From positions 1,697 through 65,696 of the forward strand of contig DAIRGA010000009.1 in the NCBI GenBank assembly GCA_036794825.1: DNA of 64,000 nt, read 5' to 3'. The notes below the pieces were generated by a model, which was given only the letters and a program-made list of their open reading frames with translations, was not told the origin of the DNA and did not search any database. The DNA comes from Bacteroidales bacterium. GTDB taxonomy: Bacteria > Bacteroidota > Bacteroidia > Bacteroidales > 4484-276. The position numbers were made by a program, and so were the translations under genes. This document shows, piece after piece, positions 16,338-26,700 of the stretch. How positions within the stretch are numbered: the stretch's first letter is position 1; each line of letters begins with the position of its first letter.

Positions 16338-17264
16338 ATGAATATAGCCAATGATATTACCGATCTGATAGGACGGACACCATTGATAAGGCTCAGGACT
16401 TTCAGCCGGGAATGCGGAGCTAACCTTTTGGCCAAACTGGAGTACCAGAATCCCGGAGGATCAGTAAAAGACAGGCTGGCGTGGGCGATGATCCGTGATG
16501 CGGAAGAAAAAGGACTCATCAGCCGTAACACGGTAATTATTGAGCCGACCAGCGGAAATACAGGTATTGGACTGGCAATGGTATGTGCTGCAAGGGGCTA
16601 CAAATTGATTGTTACCATGCCCGAAGGAACTTCCATGGAGCGCCGGTTGCTGATAAGGGCGTATGGCGCTGAACTGGTGCTTACTGAAACCGGGAAAGGG
16701 ATGCAGGGCTCCATTGACAAAGCCATCGAGTTGAGTAGCCAGCAAAAAGAGAGTTTTATTCCTTATCAGTTTCGCAACATGGCCAATGTAGAGATGCACC
16801 GCAAAACCACGGGGCCTGAAATCTGGAAGGATACCGGTGGAATGGTAGATATTTTTGTGGCGGGCATGGGCACAGGAGGAACAGTGACAGGAAGCGGAGA
16901 ATTCCTTAAATCAATGAAAGAGACGATACATATAATTGGTGTCGAACCCGCCGGATCACCTGTGGTTTCGGGTGGTAAGCCCGGAAAGCACAAAATCGCC
17001 GGGATAGGGCCTGGCTTCATCCCTGAAGTGTTGAATACATCAATCCTCGACGAAATTATCACTGTAAAAGATGACGACGCTTTCACAATGGCACGGCGTA
17101 TGACCCGAGAAGAGGGTATTTTCAGTGGAATATCCAGCGGCGCAATACTTTGGGCGGCCATGGAGGTGGGTAAGCGACCCGAAAACCAGGGAAAAAATGT
17201 TGTTTTGATCACCTGCGATACCGGGGAGCGTTACCTCAGTACATCCCTTTACACACAAGAATAG
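16338..17264 (+). CDS. cysK: Cysteine synthase A (O-acetylserine sulfhydrylase)
   Basis: 308 aa with an ATG start. PLP-enzyme motifs are IGRTPLIRL, NPGGSVKDR and EPTSGNTGIGLA, with GTGGT further on. A serine acetyltransferase gene follows directly. Confidence 0.95.
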   Translation: MNIANDITDLIGRTPLIRLRTFSRECGANLLAKLEYQNPGGSVKDRLAWAMIRDAEEKGLISRNTVIIEPTSGNTGIGLAMVCAARGYKLIVTMPEGTSMERRLLIRAYGAELVLTETGKGMQGSIDKAIELSSQQKESFIPYQFRNMANVEMHRKTTGPEIWKDTGGMVDIFVAGMGTGGTVTGSGEFLKSMKETIHIIGVEPAGSPVVSGGKPGKHKIAGIGPGFIPEVLNTSILDEIITVKDDDAFTMARRMTREEGIFSGISSGAILWAAMEVGKRPENQGKNVVLITCDTGERYLSTSLYTQE

Positions 17265-17306
17265 ATTAGCATTGGTATTCAGAATCACCTCATAATCGAG
17301 AATAAA

Positions 17307-18233
17307 ATGATTGAAGATGCCCTGCACAACGAAGTGATCAATAAAACCACCGAAGAGTTAGCCCGGAGCGAAACTTTCAGGATGGTTTACATGCCACATC
17401 ACGGCCGCAGCATGCCTTCGGTCGCGGTGCTTGGCGAATTGGTGGAGATATTCAGGGAAATCCTTTTTCCCGGTTATTTTGGCAATTCCCTCATCAACAA
17501 AAACAACTACTCCTATCACCTGGGTGTTAATGTGGATCACGCTTTCAGGCTGCTTAAAGACCAGATTTTTAAAGGAATATGTTTTTCGTGCAGCCAGGAT
17601 AATGAATACGATTTTGAGTGTGGTGAAAGGCAATCACTCGACAAAGCTTCCAGGCTGATTTCCAGTCTGCCTGAGATCCGCCGGTTACTTACTACCGACG
17701 TAAAAGCAGCATACCAGGGCGACCCGGCAGCCAATAGTGAGGGGGAAGTAATTTTCAGCTATCCCTCCATCAGGGCGATGACTATTCACAGGATAGCCCA
17801 CGAATTGTATAAACTTGAAGTCCCGCTGATACCGCGTATCATCTCCGAAATGGCGCACTCCGAAACAGGAATAGACATTCATCCCGGGGCTCAGATCGGC
17901 GAGTACTTCGCTATAGATCACGGTACGGGTGTTGTAATCGGCGAAACCACAATTATTGGCGACAGGGTGAAAATTTACCAGGGCGTAACGCTTGGCGCTA
18001 AAAGTTTTCCGCTCGATGAGAACGGTAACCCCATCAAAGGCATCCCGCGTCATCCAATAGTGGAAAATGATGTGATCATCTATTCCAATGCGACCATTCT
18101 TGGCCGGATAACTATTGGCAAAGGATCTGTAATCGGAGGCAACATCTGGGTTACAAAGGATTTGCCACCCTTCTCAAAAATTACTCAGCAAAAGCCTATG
18201 GATCAATCGTTCAGCAATGGATCCGGAATCTAA
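17307..18233 (+). CDS. cysE: Serine O-acetyltransferase (long, EpsC-like form)
   Basis: AYQGDPAA...SYPSIRAMTIHRIAHELY...IDIHPGAQIGEYFAIDHGTGVVIGETTIIGDRVKIYQGVTLGA (hexapeptide-repeat left-handed beta-helix). It starts 43 nt after cysK. Confidence 0.9.
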   Translation: MIEDALHNEVINKTTEELARSETFRMVYMPHHGRSMPSVAVLGELVEIFREILFPGYFGNSLINKNNYSYHLGVNVDHAFRLLKDQIFKGICFSCSQDNEYDFECGERQSLDKASRLISSLPEIRRLLTTDVKAAYQGDPAANSEGEVIFSYPSIRAMTIHRIAHELYKLEVPLIPRIISEMAHSETGIDIHPGAQIGEYFAIDHGTGVVIGETTIIGDRVKIYQGVTLGAKSFPLDENGNPIKGIPRHPIVENDVIIYSNATILGRITIGKGSVIGGNIWVTKDLPPFSKITQQKPMDQSFSNGSGI

Positions 18234-18250
18234 AACGGGATGGCCGTTTG

Positions 18251-19237
18251 TTACTTTTTGCTAACCGTCAATTTTTCGACTACATTTTTAACCGGTGGTA
18301 CAGTTTGAAGGTACTCGTAAATTGCTCCGAGATCTTCTTCGGTCATTCCACTATACATATACCATGGCATAATGCTTTGAAATTCACCTGGTTGAACTGT
18401 TGGCAGGGTGTATGCAGTATCAGTATAATCCTTGAATTTGCGGATAAAGAATTCCCTGGTGTAGCCTCCTATTCCCGTTGCATCCGGAGTTATATTCGAC
18501 GACCGTAGAACAGAGCCATCCGGGAAGGGAAATACAAACCCGCCGGCAAGGTATTCGCCGGTTATCTGTCCTTTTTCCATTTTCGTATGGCAATCGGCGC
18601 AGGCAGAAGCTTTTAGCAGGTAATGGCCATAGCTCACGGCATCGGAAGGATCAGGCCGTTGTGAAAATGACGCTGGTTTGGGTATTGTATTGATGATCAG
18701 GTTCATTGGGAAATCAAGCTCTCTTGGAGGCCATGAAGCTTCAAGCGGATGAAGTGTACGGATATAGGAAATAACCGCCTCAATATCCGATTGTTCCAAA
18801 GTCCCATAACTAAGATAGGGCATCACCGAAAAAATGGCTTCTCCATTTTTGGTTACCCCGGTAGTAATAAGCCTGAAAATTTCCCCGTCAGTCCAGTTTT
18901 TTAGATTGTAAGGAGTAATATTCGGTGAATAAAACTCGCCCGGAAAACCGAATTCTCTTCCGAATCTTTCACCTCCGGCTCCTTCGGAACCTTTAACCGG
19001 TGGTCCGGAAAATAAACTCCAGTCGCGTTGCGAGTGACAATCAATACAAACCATGACATGATTGGCGAGGTATCGCCCTCTTTCAATCTGGCTATCTGTT
19101 TGTTGGATGGCGAGTTCAGGGGCAGCGCCTACATCAGGGAGGAAAAACTTCAGATATCCCACTCCGCCAAGAATAAGAACAATCACTAATGAAACCAGTA
19201 CCAACAGGACAATACCTAATTTTTTTAACGTTTTCAT
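18251..19237 (-). CDS. Membrane-anchored dihaem c-type cytochrome
   Basis: 328 aa with an N-terminal TM anchor (LGIVLLVLVSLVIVLILGGVG) and two CxxCH haem-binding motifs (CIDCH, CADCH). Confidence 0.85.
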   Translation of the reverse strand: MKTLKKLGIVLLVLVSLVIVLILGGVGYLKFFLPDVGAAPELAIQQTDSQIERGRYLANHVMVCIDCHSQRDWSLFSGPPVKGSEGAGGERFGREFGFPGEFYSPNITPYNLKNWTDGEIFRLITTGVTKNGEAIFSVMPYLSYGTLEQSDIEAVISYIRTLHPLEASWPPRELDFPMNLIINTIPKPASFSQRPDPSDAVSYGHYLLKASACADCHTKMEKGQITGEYLAGGFVFPFPDGSVLRSSNITPDATGIGGYTREFFIRKFKDYTDTAYTLPTVQPGEFQSIMPWYMYSGMTEEDLGAIYEYLQTVPPVKNVVEKLTVSKK

Positions 19238-19257
19238 TTTTGCTGTAATTTATTTTG

Positions 19258-19265
19258 CAAAAATA
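19258..19265 (-). promoter_or_regulatory. Bacteroidota-type -7 promoter box (TATTTTTG on the minus strand)
   Basis: Plus strand reads caaaaata. It matches TAnnTTTG and lies 21 nt upstream of the cytochrome c ATG (19237). Confidence 0.45.
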
Positions 19266-19420
19266 GTTACCAATGAAAAGCAAAAAGGTCAGATGAATTT
19301 AAATTTGCCAGCGATCGTGTTGAGATTGCTCAACTAATAGAAAGAAATAGATTAATCAAATCACCTGTTTTGGTCAATTTGATTCAAAGCCAACTGGGTC
19401 CTGATGTTCTCTTTGGGATT

Positions 19421-20104
19421 TCAACTTATTTCTTGACCGATTTTGTCTGGTTTAATATCTTGGATTTTAATCAGATATGTTGCTAATGTCAAGGCGCCGG
19501 TTGAGGTAAAGATATGCCAAAGCCAGTGTGTTCCGAAAGAGAAAAAGTGATTTTCCCAACTATCTGCATAGCGAAAAAATAGTGCGATAATAAGAAATAG
19601 AATACTGTAAATCAGGTACTTTACTTCGATGAAGTGCGTTCGGAACAGAAAGATCAGAGCAGGCAGAAAAATCATGACTCCGGTAAGAAAGTAGGAAAGA
19701 TTGATGGCAGTATGACCTTTTACAAAACCAAAAGCTGCAAATCTGAGCAGGAATGAAGCAGCTACGACGAGCAAAATGTAAAACCAATTGGGTAAAACCT
19801 TGTACCAGAAGTAGATGCTAATGGATAGCGTCATGAGAGCAATAGGAACAAAATCCATGTAAAGGAAAAAAGGATGAGCCCTGAAAGCGTGATACAGCGT
19901 GCTGCCAAGCCCGCCAATAGCCATCAGTGGGGCCGCCACGAAAATCAAAAACCAGTAGTGATGGTATTGCCCTTTTAGCCTGATTAACAGGAAAATGACA
20001 GGAATCAGGAAGGTTAAAGAAGAAATTGCATTCCAGGGTTCGACAAAAAGATGATCGAGATCGGTTTCGTAGTAGACCGGTCCATTATCGCGAAGCCTTT
20101 CCAT
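19421..20104 (-). CDS. 7-TM CREST-superfamily protein (alkaline-ceramidase / hemolysin-III (PAQR)-like putative membrane hydrolase)
   Basis: 227 aa with seven hydrophobic segments. The superfamily signatures are in the expected places: EPWNAISS before TM1, GSTLYH (SxxxH) at the end of TM2, D in YMDFVP at the start of TM3, and HWLWH (HxxxH) in TM7. Confidence 0.6.
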   Translation of the reverse strand: MERLRDNGPVYYETDLDHLFVEPWNAISSLTFLIPVIFLLIRLKGQYHHYWFLIFVAAPLMAIGGLGSTLYHAFRAHPFFLYMDFVPIALMTLSISIYFWYKVLPNWFYILLVVAASFLLRFAAFGFVKGHTAINLSYFLTGVMIFLPALIFLFRTHFIEVKYLIYSILFLIIALFFRYADSWENHFFSFGTHWLWHIFTSTGALTLATYLIKIQDIKPDKIGQEIS

Positions 20105-20175
20105 AAGAGATTGAATTAGCGTGTTTTAGTCAAATATTCAGGATTTCTGAACTACTTGCAGGAATCAAAAACACC

Positions 20176-21042
20176 CTAATTCGATTTTTGTTCGTCCGGA
20201 TCTTTTACAATTGCGCTGGCAAAGCTGGACGAATAGGCTCCAAAAAAGCCAAATGCACCATTCGAAATATTGCCGGGTACATTGGCCGGAGGGCCGCTAA
20301 ACAACGGAGATTGATAGCTGATTTCCTCCTGCAGTTTGTAGGTAAATTCCCATTGTTCTTTTGTAATCCGGGCAGCACGCAAAGTTACGGTATCTCCGGT
20401 CATCACAGCTTCACCTGATAAGCTCTGGTCGAGCCAGTAAACACTTACACCGTTGGTGTAGTTACCGTTGTAAAGCAGATCATCCACCACAAAAACTTTA
20501 CTGATTGTGTCATTTACCAGCCGGCCATTCACATAGGTCAGGAACATATAGTAATCCTCAGTGGGAGGGTCCCAAACATAGCATTGCACTTCCCAAAAAC
20601 CATTTTCGCCCCAGGATGGCTGAAACTTCAAAGCAATGGAATCCAACTGGTTGACAGGATATATCTTAGAGGTGGCTTCAAACTCTTTTGTTCCTCCGAT
20701 CTCTTCATCCAGCGAAATTCTGAGCTTATAATTGCGGCCTGTTGTTCCGGAAACATCAGGCGCTGTGAGGTAAATACCTGATTTGGCTGGAGTTTCGGTT
20801 AGTACGTAAAATTCGTTGTCGTTTGAGATAGTAACCTGAGCTCCGGTGACCGGTTCGGGCGCCTTGTTATCGAAATAATCAGCGGTTTGCGTTAAAATTA
20901 CCTTATGAGAAGTAGTATCAGTGGTGAAATACCCCTCCACGACTAATCTCGCAAACTCCTGGCCATCAAGCTTCAGGTCAATGCGCTCGGTGCAGGAGAA
21001 TAGCAATGAACCAGCGAAAACTGCGAAAAATATTTTTTTCAT
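20176..21042 (-). CDS. DUF4249-like lipoprotein (partner of the upstream TonB-dependent receptor)
   Basis: 288 aa with a lipoprotein-type signal (FAGSLLFSC). RLVVEGYFTTD...HKVILTQT resembles the DUF4249 start as I remember it. It lies 27 nt downstream of a CarboxypepD_reg-type TBDT, which is the usual pairing. Confidence 0.6.
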   Translation of the reverse strand: MKKIFFAVFAGSLLFSCTERIDLKLDGQEFARLVVEGYFTTDTTSHKVILTQTADYFDNKAPEPVTGAQVTISNDNEFYVLTETPAKSGIYLTAPDVSGTTGRNYKLRISLDEEIGGTKEFEATSKIYPVNQLDSIALKFQPSWGENGFWEVQCYVWDPPTEDYYMFLTYVNGRLVNDTISKVFVVDDLLYNGNYTNGVSVYWLDQSLSGEAVMTGDTVTLRAARITKEQWEFTYKLQEEISYQSPLFSGPPANVPGNISNGAFGFFGAYSSSFASAIVKDPDEQKSN

Positions 21043-21069
21043 AACGATCTGCAGATTAGGAAGTTGAGA

Positions 21070-23421
21070 TTAAAATTTAAAGTTATAGGTAATGCTTGGT
21101 ATTAATGAAAACAGATAAGTGGATTCCGCATAGGTGCTGTAGGGATCGTCAGGCTCCTGGACAAAATTTATAGTCCAGACATTTTTGCGGGCATAGGCAT
21201 TGTAAACCGAGAAATTCCATTCGCCATACCATTTACGATCCGGATTTGGACGTGGTCTTAGAGTCAGTGAGAGGTCAAGCCGGTGATAATCAGGGAGTCT
21301 GTATGCATTTCGGTCGGAGTAAATCGGAACAACTACATTTCCCCAATAGGCTCTGCCGGTGGGGTAGGTGACCGGCCGGCCAGTCGAATAGACCCAGTTT
21401 GCGCCCATGGAAATGCGCTCACTCAATTCGTAGTTCACTACGATCGAAAGGTCGTGTGGTTTATCATAAGGAGCTGAGTAAGGGTTTCCATTATTGATGG
21501 ACTCAATTTCCCGTTCCGCTTTCGAAAGTGTGTATCCAATCCAACCGGTCAGGTTGCCTTTGGTTTTTCGCAACATCAACTCAACTCCATAAGACTCAGC
21601 TGTTCCAAAACGCAGTTCTCCTTCAATCTCTTTATTTAGCAGCAGCTCGGCGTGATCCTTGAAGTCAATGGCATTCCTGATGAACTTGTAATAAGTCTCC
21701 ACCGAAAACTCAAGCGAATTATCCCGGAAATTTCGAAAATAGCCCACAGCACCCTGATCAGCAAGTTGTGGCTTTACGTTTGGGCTTGAAGGAATCCAGA
21801 TATCGAGGGGAGTTCCGGCTGTGGAGTTTTGCGCCAGGTGCAGGTACTGGGCATTATGGGTGTAACTTGCTTTCAATGAGGATCTTTCGTTGAGCAAATA
21901 AGTTATTCCTATGCGAGGCTCCAAATGACTGTATGTATTGAAAATGTTGCCTTTTGAGTAGATGGCTGAGTCAATGGTTGCATAATTCTTATCAAACTCG
22001 TAAATTGTTCCAGGACCTACATTTTGAAACAAGGAAAACCTTAGTCCATATTTCAGGGTAAGTACATCGTTAATTTTCTGTTCATTGCTGATGTAAATAC
22101 CAGATTCGATGGCGTGGCTTTCAGGTACCACATATTCGTTGAAGAAAGTTTCTTCACCAATTCCTTTGGCATCTCCAGGTGCAAAAGTATGAAAGGTACT
22201 GGCAGCGCCAAACTTTAGTGTATTGTTCTGATCAATAAAATAGGTGAAGTCGGCTTTTGCGCTATAGTCCACCAGCCTTGATTTCCATTCAAACGATACC
22301 GCCTCTCCTTCAGGAACCCCAAGCTCGTAATCGTACTGAGATCTCAGTACCGTGAAATTGGCAAATATTTTACTGGAAATCAGATGATTCCAACGCACTG
22401 TGACAGTGCTGTTTCCGAGGGTCATTTCGGCGAACTCGTTTTTAAAAACATCTCTTCCAAAATAGGATGAGATGAAGATTCGGTTCCGGTCATTGATGGT
22501 ATGATTGACTTTCGCATTAAGGTCGTAAAAATAAAGCTTGTTGTCCTGAATATCTTCGTTTCTCGAGAGTGGCAAAAAAATGTCAGCATAAGTTCTTCTG
22601 CCAGAGACAATAAAGGATGTTTGATCCTTTTGAATCGGGCCTTCTATTGTCAGCCTGCTGGAAATCAGACCAATGCCACCTGTTCCGGAGAACTTTTTGC
22701 TGTTCCCGTCCTTCATGCGCACATCCATAAGCGACGAAAGTCTGCCGCCGTGGGTTGCTGGAACATCACCTTTATATAATGCTACATCCTTTACGGCGTC
22801 GTTGTTGAACACCGAGAAGAACCCGAGCAGGTGACCGGCATTGTAAACCGTGGCCTCGTCGAGTAAAACCAGATTTTGGTCAGCGCTGCCTCCCCTTACA
22901 CTGAAACCGGTTGATCCTTCAGAAATGGTCTGAACTCCGGGTAAAAGCTGTATCGCCCGGATCAGATCAACCTCGCCAAAGAGAGCTGGTATCTGGTTAA
23001 TTGTTTTGGCTTCGATGCGTGTGACGCTCATTTCAGGCGCTCTGACGTTTTTATCCGCCCGCTCACCAACAATGACAATCTCTTCCAGCAATTTTTCCGA
23101 TGATGTAAGTTCAATGTTTATTTTGACGTCGCCTGAAAGACTAATCACTTTGCTAACCGACTGGTAGCCTATGTATGACCAGGTAATCGTATAGTCGCCG
23201 GGTAGTAGGCTTACTGCGTAGAACCCGTAAGCATTGGTTACAGTGCCGGTTTGCAGCTCAGCAACGTACACAGTGGCGCCCAACAGTGTTTCTCCGTTTT
23301 TACTGTCGGTGATGTAGCCGCTTATGGTGTACTTTTTGGCAGCCGGGTTCACATCAGAAAAAACCGGGGAGCTGCAAAGAAAAAGAGTAACTACGGCTAA
23401 GATCTTCGATTTTGAGAGCAT
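21070..23421 (-). CDS. TonB-dependent receptor with an N-terminal CarboxypepD_reg-like domain
   Basis: YTISGYITDSKNGETLLGATVYV...GYQSVSK, a plug region and a beta-barrel ending in ...SLIPSITYNFKF (terminal F). I prefer the ATG at 23421 (MLSKSKILAVVTLFLCSSPVFS signal) over the ORF-track ATG at 23481, whose 20-aa extension is not signal-like. Confidence 0.9.
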   Translation of the reverse strand: MLSKSKILAVVTLFLCSSPVFSDVNPAAKKYTISGYITDSKNGETLLGATVYVAELQTGTVTNAYGFYAVSLLPGDYTITWSYIGYQSVSKVISLSGDVKINIELTSSEKLLEEIVIVGERADKNVRAPEMSVTRIEAKTINQIPALFGEVDLIRAIQLLPGVQTISEGSTGFSVRGGSADQNLVLLDEATVYNAGHLLGFFSVFNNDAVKDVALYKGDVPATHGGRLSSLMDVRMKDGNSKKFSGTGGIGLISSRLTIEGPIQKDQTSFIVSGRRTYADIFLPLSRNEDIQDNKLYFYDLNAKVNHTINDRNRIFISSYFGRDVFKNEFAEMTLGNSTVTVRWNHLISSKIFANFTVLRSQYDYELGVPEGEAVSFEWKSRLVDYSAKADFTYFIDQNNTLKFGAASTFHTFAPGDAKGIGEETFFNEYVVPESHAIESGIYISNEQKINDVLTLKYGLRFSLFQNVGPGTIYEFDKNYATIDSAIYSKGNIFNTYSHLEPRIGITYLLNERSSLKASYTHNAQYLHLAQNSTAGTPLDIWIPSSPNVKPQLADQGAVGYFRNFRDNSLEFSVETYYKFIRNAIDFKDHAELLLNKEIEGELRFGTAESYGVELMLRKTKGNLTGWIGYTLSKAEREIESINNGNPYSAPYDKPHDLSIVVNYELSERISMGANWVYSTGRPVTYPTGRAYWGNVVVPIYSDRNAYRLPDYHRLDLSLTLRPRPNPDRKWYGEWNFSVYNAYARKNVWTINFVQEPDDPYSTYAESTYLFSLIPSITYNFKF

Positions 23422-23709
23422 TATCAAACAGATTTTTAGGTTTTCGTAACTGTCTTCCGTAAAGGTATTGAGTAACGTCATAAACTTAACGACTGTATTT
23501 CAATAACTTTGACAAATCCTTACACTTTTTTAAGTCCGTTAGAGGATTTTCAATAATCAATGACAATGGAAATTTTGTTGGGTTGCAAACGGGTAAAGAA
23601 ATTAAACAAAACACTGATCCATCGGTTCATTAGAATTCCAATGGTCAAAAAGAGGAATAATTAATTGAAATTGAATGAAATAAAGATCAACTTCGTGGTA
23701 GGTTTAGGC

Positions 23710-23742
23710 AAAAAAAAACCTGTCCGATTGCCCGGACAGGTT
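23710..23742 (-). terminator. Rho-independent terminator of the 1843-aa gene
   Basis: Minus strand reads aacctgtccg-ggcaat-cggacaggtt (10-bp stem, 6-nt loop) running into a T tract (A9 on the plus strand, 23710-23718). It sits 24 nt past the stop at 23766. Confidence 0.8.
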
Positions 23743-23765
23743 CTTTGTAAGATTTTGAAATCAGA

Positions 23766-26700
23766 TTACCTGATCACAACTTTCTGGGAGATGGTCTGGT
23801 CGTTACCCACCAGCCTGATGAAATAAACTCCGGAAGGCTGATCTGTGAGGTCAATCCTGCCGGCATTCAGCTTTCTGTTGTAAACCACCTGACCCTGGCT
23901 GTTCATAACGGTTACATTGTATGAAGCATCAGCGCCGGTAATGTTAAACAGACCATTTGACGGGTTCGGATAGATTCTCAACGCATTGCCAGAATTTCCG
24001 CCAACTCCGGTAGCTCCGGCTTTCAGATCGGTGATTAAGGAAAGTCCGTTAGTCGCATACAGATCGGTGTTAACCAATTGCGTGCTGAATACAGGCTCAG
24101 CTACGATCACTTCGTTGCTGCTGAAAATTCTGACTTCCATGAATTCACCTTCTTTCATACCATCCAGGTTGTCGGTGGTAAGGTCATTACCATAAACCGG
24201 GATTACGAAGGCTTCATTTTTGCCGGAGAATCTGGTTAAGCCTGTGCAACTTCCTTCAGCATTGAAAACGCCGATGAAGTCACCTGCTTTCAACGTACTG
24301 GCAGCTTCTGCTGATACGCCAACGATGTGGACATTTCCGGTGTTGTAGGCATCATTCCACGGTGTGGTGTTCTCGAAAACTGCAACCGAATTCGGAATTA
24401 TTTCGCTCTTGGTTACATTGAAGTTGAGCGTTGTTGTCGAGTTGAATTTCACCAGGTAGCCATAGCCGGGATAAAGCGTTTCAAGTGTATAAACGTTACC
24501 GAATGGCCACCAGATTGCACCGTCGAGGCCAAATGCAAACTCGATGTCCTTACCACCAAAAATGGAGGCAGCAGGCACTGCGGAGTTACTTAGTACAGGA
24601 ATCAGATAGGTTCCGGCAGGGAAGGTTATTGTCTTGTTTTCAATCTCTGGTCCAGTAAATACAAGCAGTCCTTCAGCTCCCATCTTGAGCTTATAGCCTA
24701 CCAGGTTGTCCCAGTTACCGATCGTGTTGATATTTTGAGACGGCCAGTAAATTCCATCGAATCCGATCATGATAATCATCTCTTCGTTGATGTTAGCCAG
24801 AGCAGCTTCGAGTGTCATTTTGCTGTCCAGGTTCAGATAGGTCGAGATGTATCCCCAGCTATTTGGAGCAGGGATCGGAATCTTCTGGAAGGGTTGGTCA
24901 AACACCTCAAGCCCAATAAGCACAACTTTTTCCAGCTCACCATCAAATGCTGAGAATGTCATGCTTGAATAGTATGCTCCCGGCAACATCCCTGTTGCAT
25001 TAAAAGTGAAATCGAGCGTTGTTGAACCAAGTGGTGGAATAGTTCCGGAAATTGCGCTTAATGAAGCCCATGTTTCGTTAAGATCAACAATCCAGTCAAT
25101 GGCTATACTGTTTGGATTTGTGATAACGACTTGATATGTAGAGGATTCGCCAACAAGCAGAGCGTCATACAACCCTCCCGGTGAAACCATCATGTTGTAA
25201 ACATCCATTGACACATCAACAGTTTTTGAAATCAGTCCATTGGCGCCCGTAAAAAGAATTTCTGTTTCATAAAATCCTGACACAAGTGCAGTAGCATCCA
25301 GGGTTAACTGGAGCATTTCGGTTGCTCCAACAGGGATTTCACCTGCTGATTTATCCAGCGAAGCCCAACCGGATTTGTCGGTGAAAGCTGCACTCCATGG
25401 AAGTGGATAAGGTCCAGGATTGGTAACTTCAATGTTCCAGACTGATGTTTCACCAATCTGTAATTCATCATAGATTGTCATTGGATTAATCACCATGTCG
25501 AACACTTCGAGCTGGATATCAATAACTTCAGATACTGCTCCGCTGGCGCCGGTTATTACAACCTGACCCTGGTAAACACCCGGAGGTACTGCTGCGCCGT
25601 TGAAATTCAATTGGATAACCTGCTGGCCACCGGCTGAAACTACTCCGCTCAATGCGCTTAAAGTTGCCCAGGGTTGCGGGAGGTTTAGTGTGGCATTCCA
25701 GAACAGCGCTTTAGCGCCCGGATTTGAAATGGTGATGGGCCACTGAGATGTTCCGGTCGTGCTGAGTTGATCTGAAATCACCGGAGGCTGAACTTCCATG
25801 AGGCTGGTAGTCAGGTAGATGTTATCTACGTACCACCAGTCAATGTTATAGTTGTCACCACCTTCGGCAGTGAATCCAAGTTGGAACATTTTCCCGGCAG
25901 CAAATTGGGAAATATCATAGCTGAAGTTTGTCCACGGGATACTTCCAGTGCCTGCGCCCTGATTATTGAATGTATTTACAACATGCCATTGCGTACCATC
26001 ATAAACTCCAAAAATGAGTTTTTCAATGGTTAATTTTGAGTAGTTCTGCAACAGCAAGTCAAACTGCGCATAAATCTTATCCTTGCCAACCCCATTAATA
26101 AAGTGACTCTGTAATCTTCTGGAATAATTATAAACGCGTGGATCCCAGTAAAAACGTGCAGTAGGTGCAGGATTACCTACAGTTGATTGAACGCTCCATT
26201 GTGGAGATGAAGGCACCACCGTCCATTGCTGCGCTGCAAATGTTCCTGATCCCCAGTTTTCGACAAACGGAATAGTGTAGGGTACAACCGGGTTCAAGGT
26301 AGTGTTCATTACGGTAGTCTGGTTCGGATTGATCGGAACGTTTGACAACGTCTTCGATGCATAGCCATACTTCGATATTGTCAGATTGTAATTTCCTGAT
26401 TCCCAATCAAAATTATAAGTACCAGTTGCATCTGTGTAAATGGTTGTGCTGTAATTTCCGGGCAATGTTTGCTGAACAAAAATTGCTGCATTTTCAACCG
26501 GCAGACCCGTTGAATTATCTGTGATCACGCCGGTAAGTTGCCCATAATAGGAAACATAGAAAAACCAGGGTTCGCATCCCAACGTTTCACCGGAGAAATT
26601 GTAAGGTACAAGCAACCATGCGAAATATGATCCCGATTCGAAAGGTTCGGCCGGAGTGTAGGAAGTAACGTTCCCGAGATCAGTATTTTCTTCGATCCAG

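Noticed and set aside
23422-23481. N-terminal extensions appear in the ORF track for several genes: 23481 (ATG); 34563, 44047, 46992, 54919, 58524 and 59694 (all TTG); and 43076 (GTG).
   Set aside because: In each case a downstream ATG gives a better N-terminus: a signal peptide, the canonical LepA MKNIRNF start, or removal of a gene overlap. In several cases the ATG also sits at a sensible distance from a TAnnTTTG box. The extensions are probably not translated.
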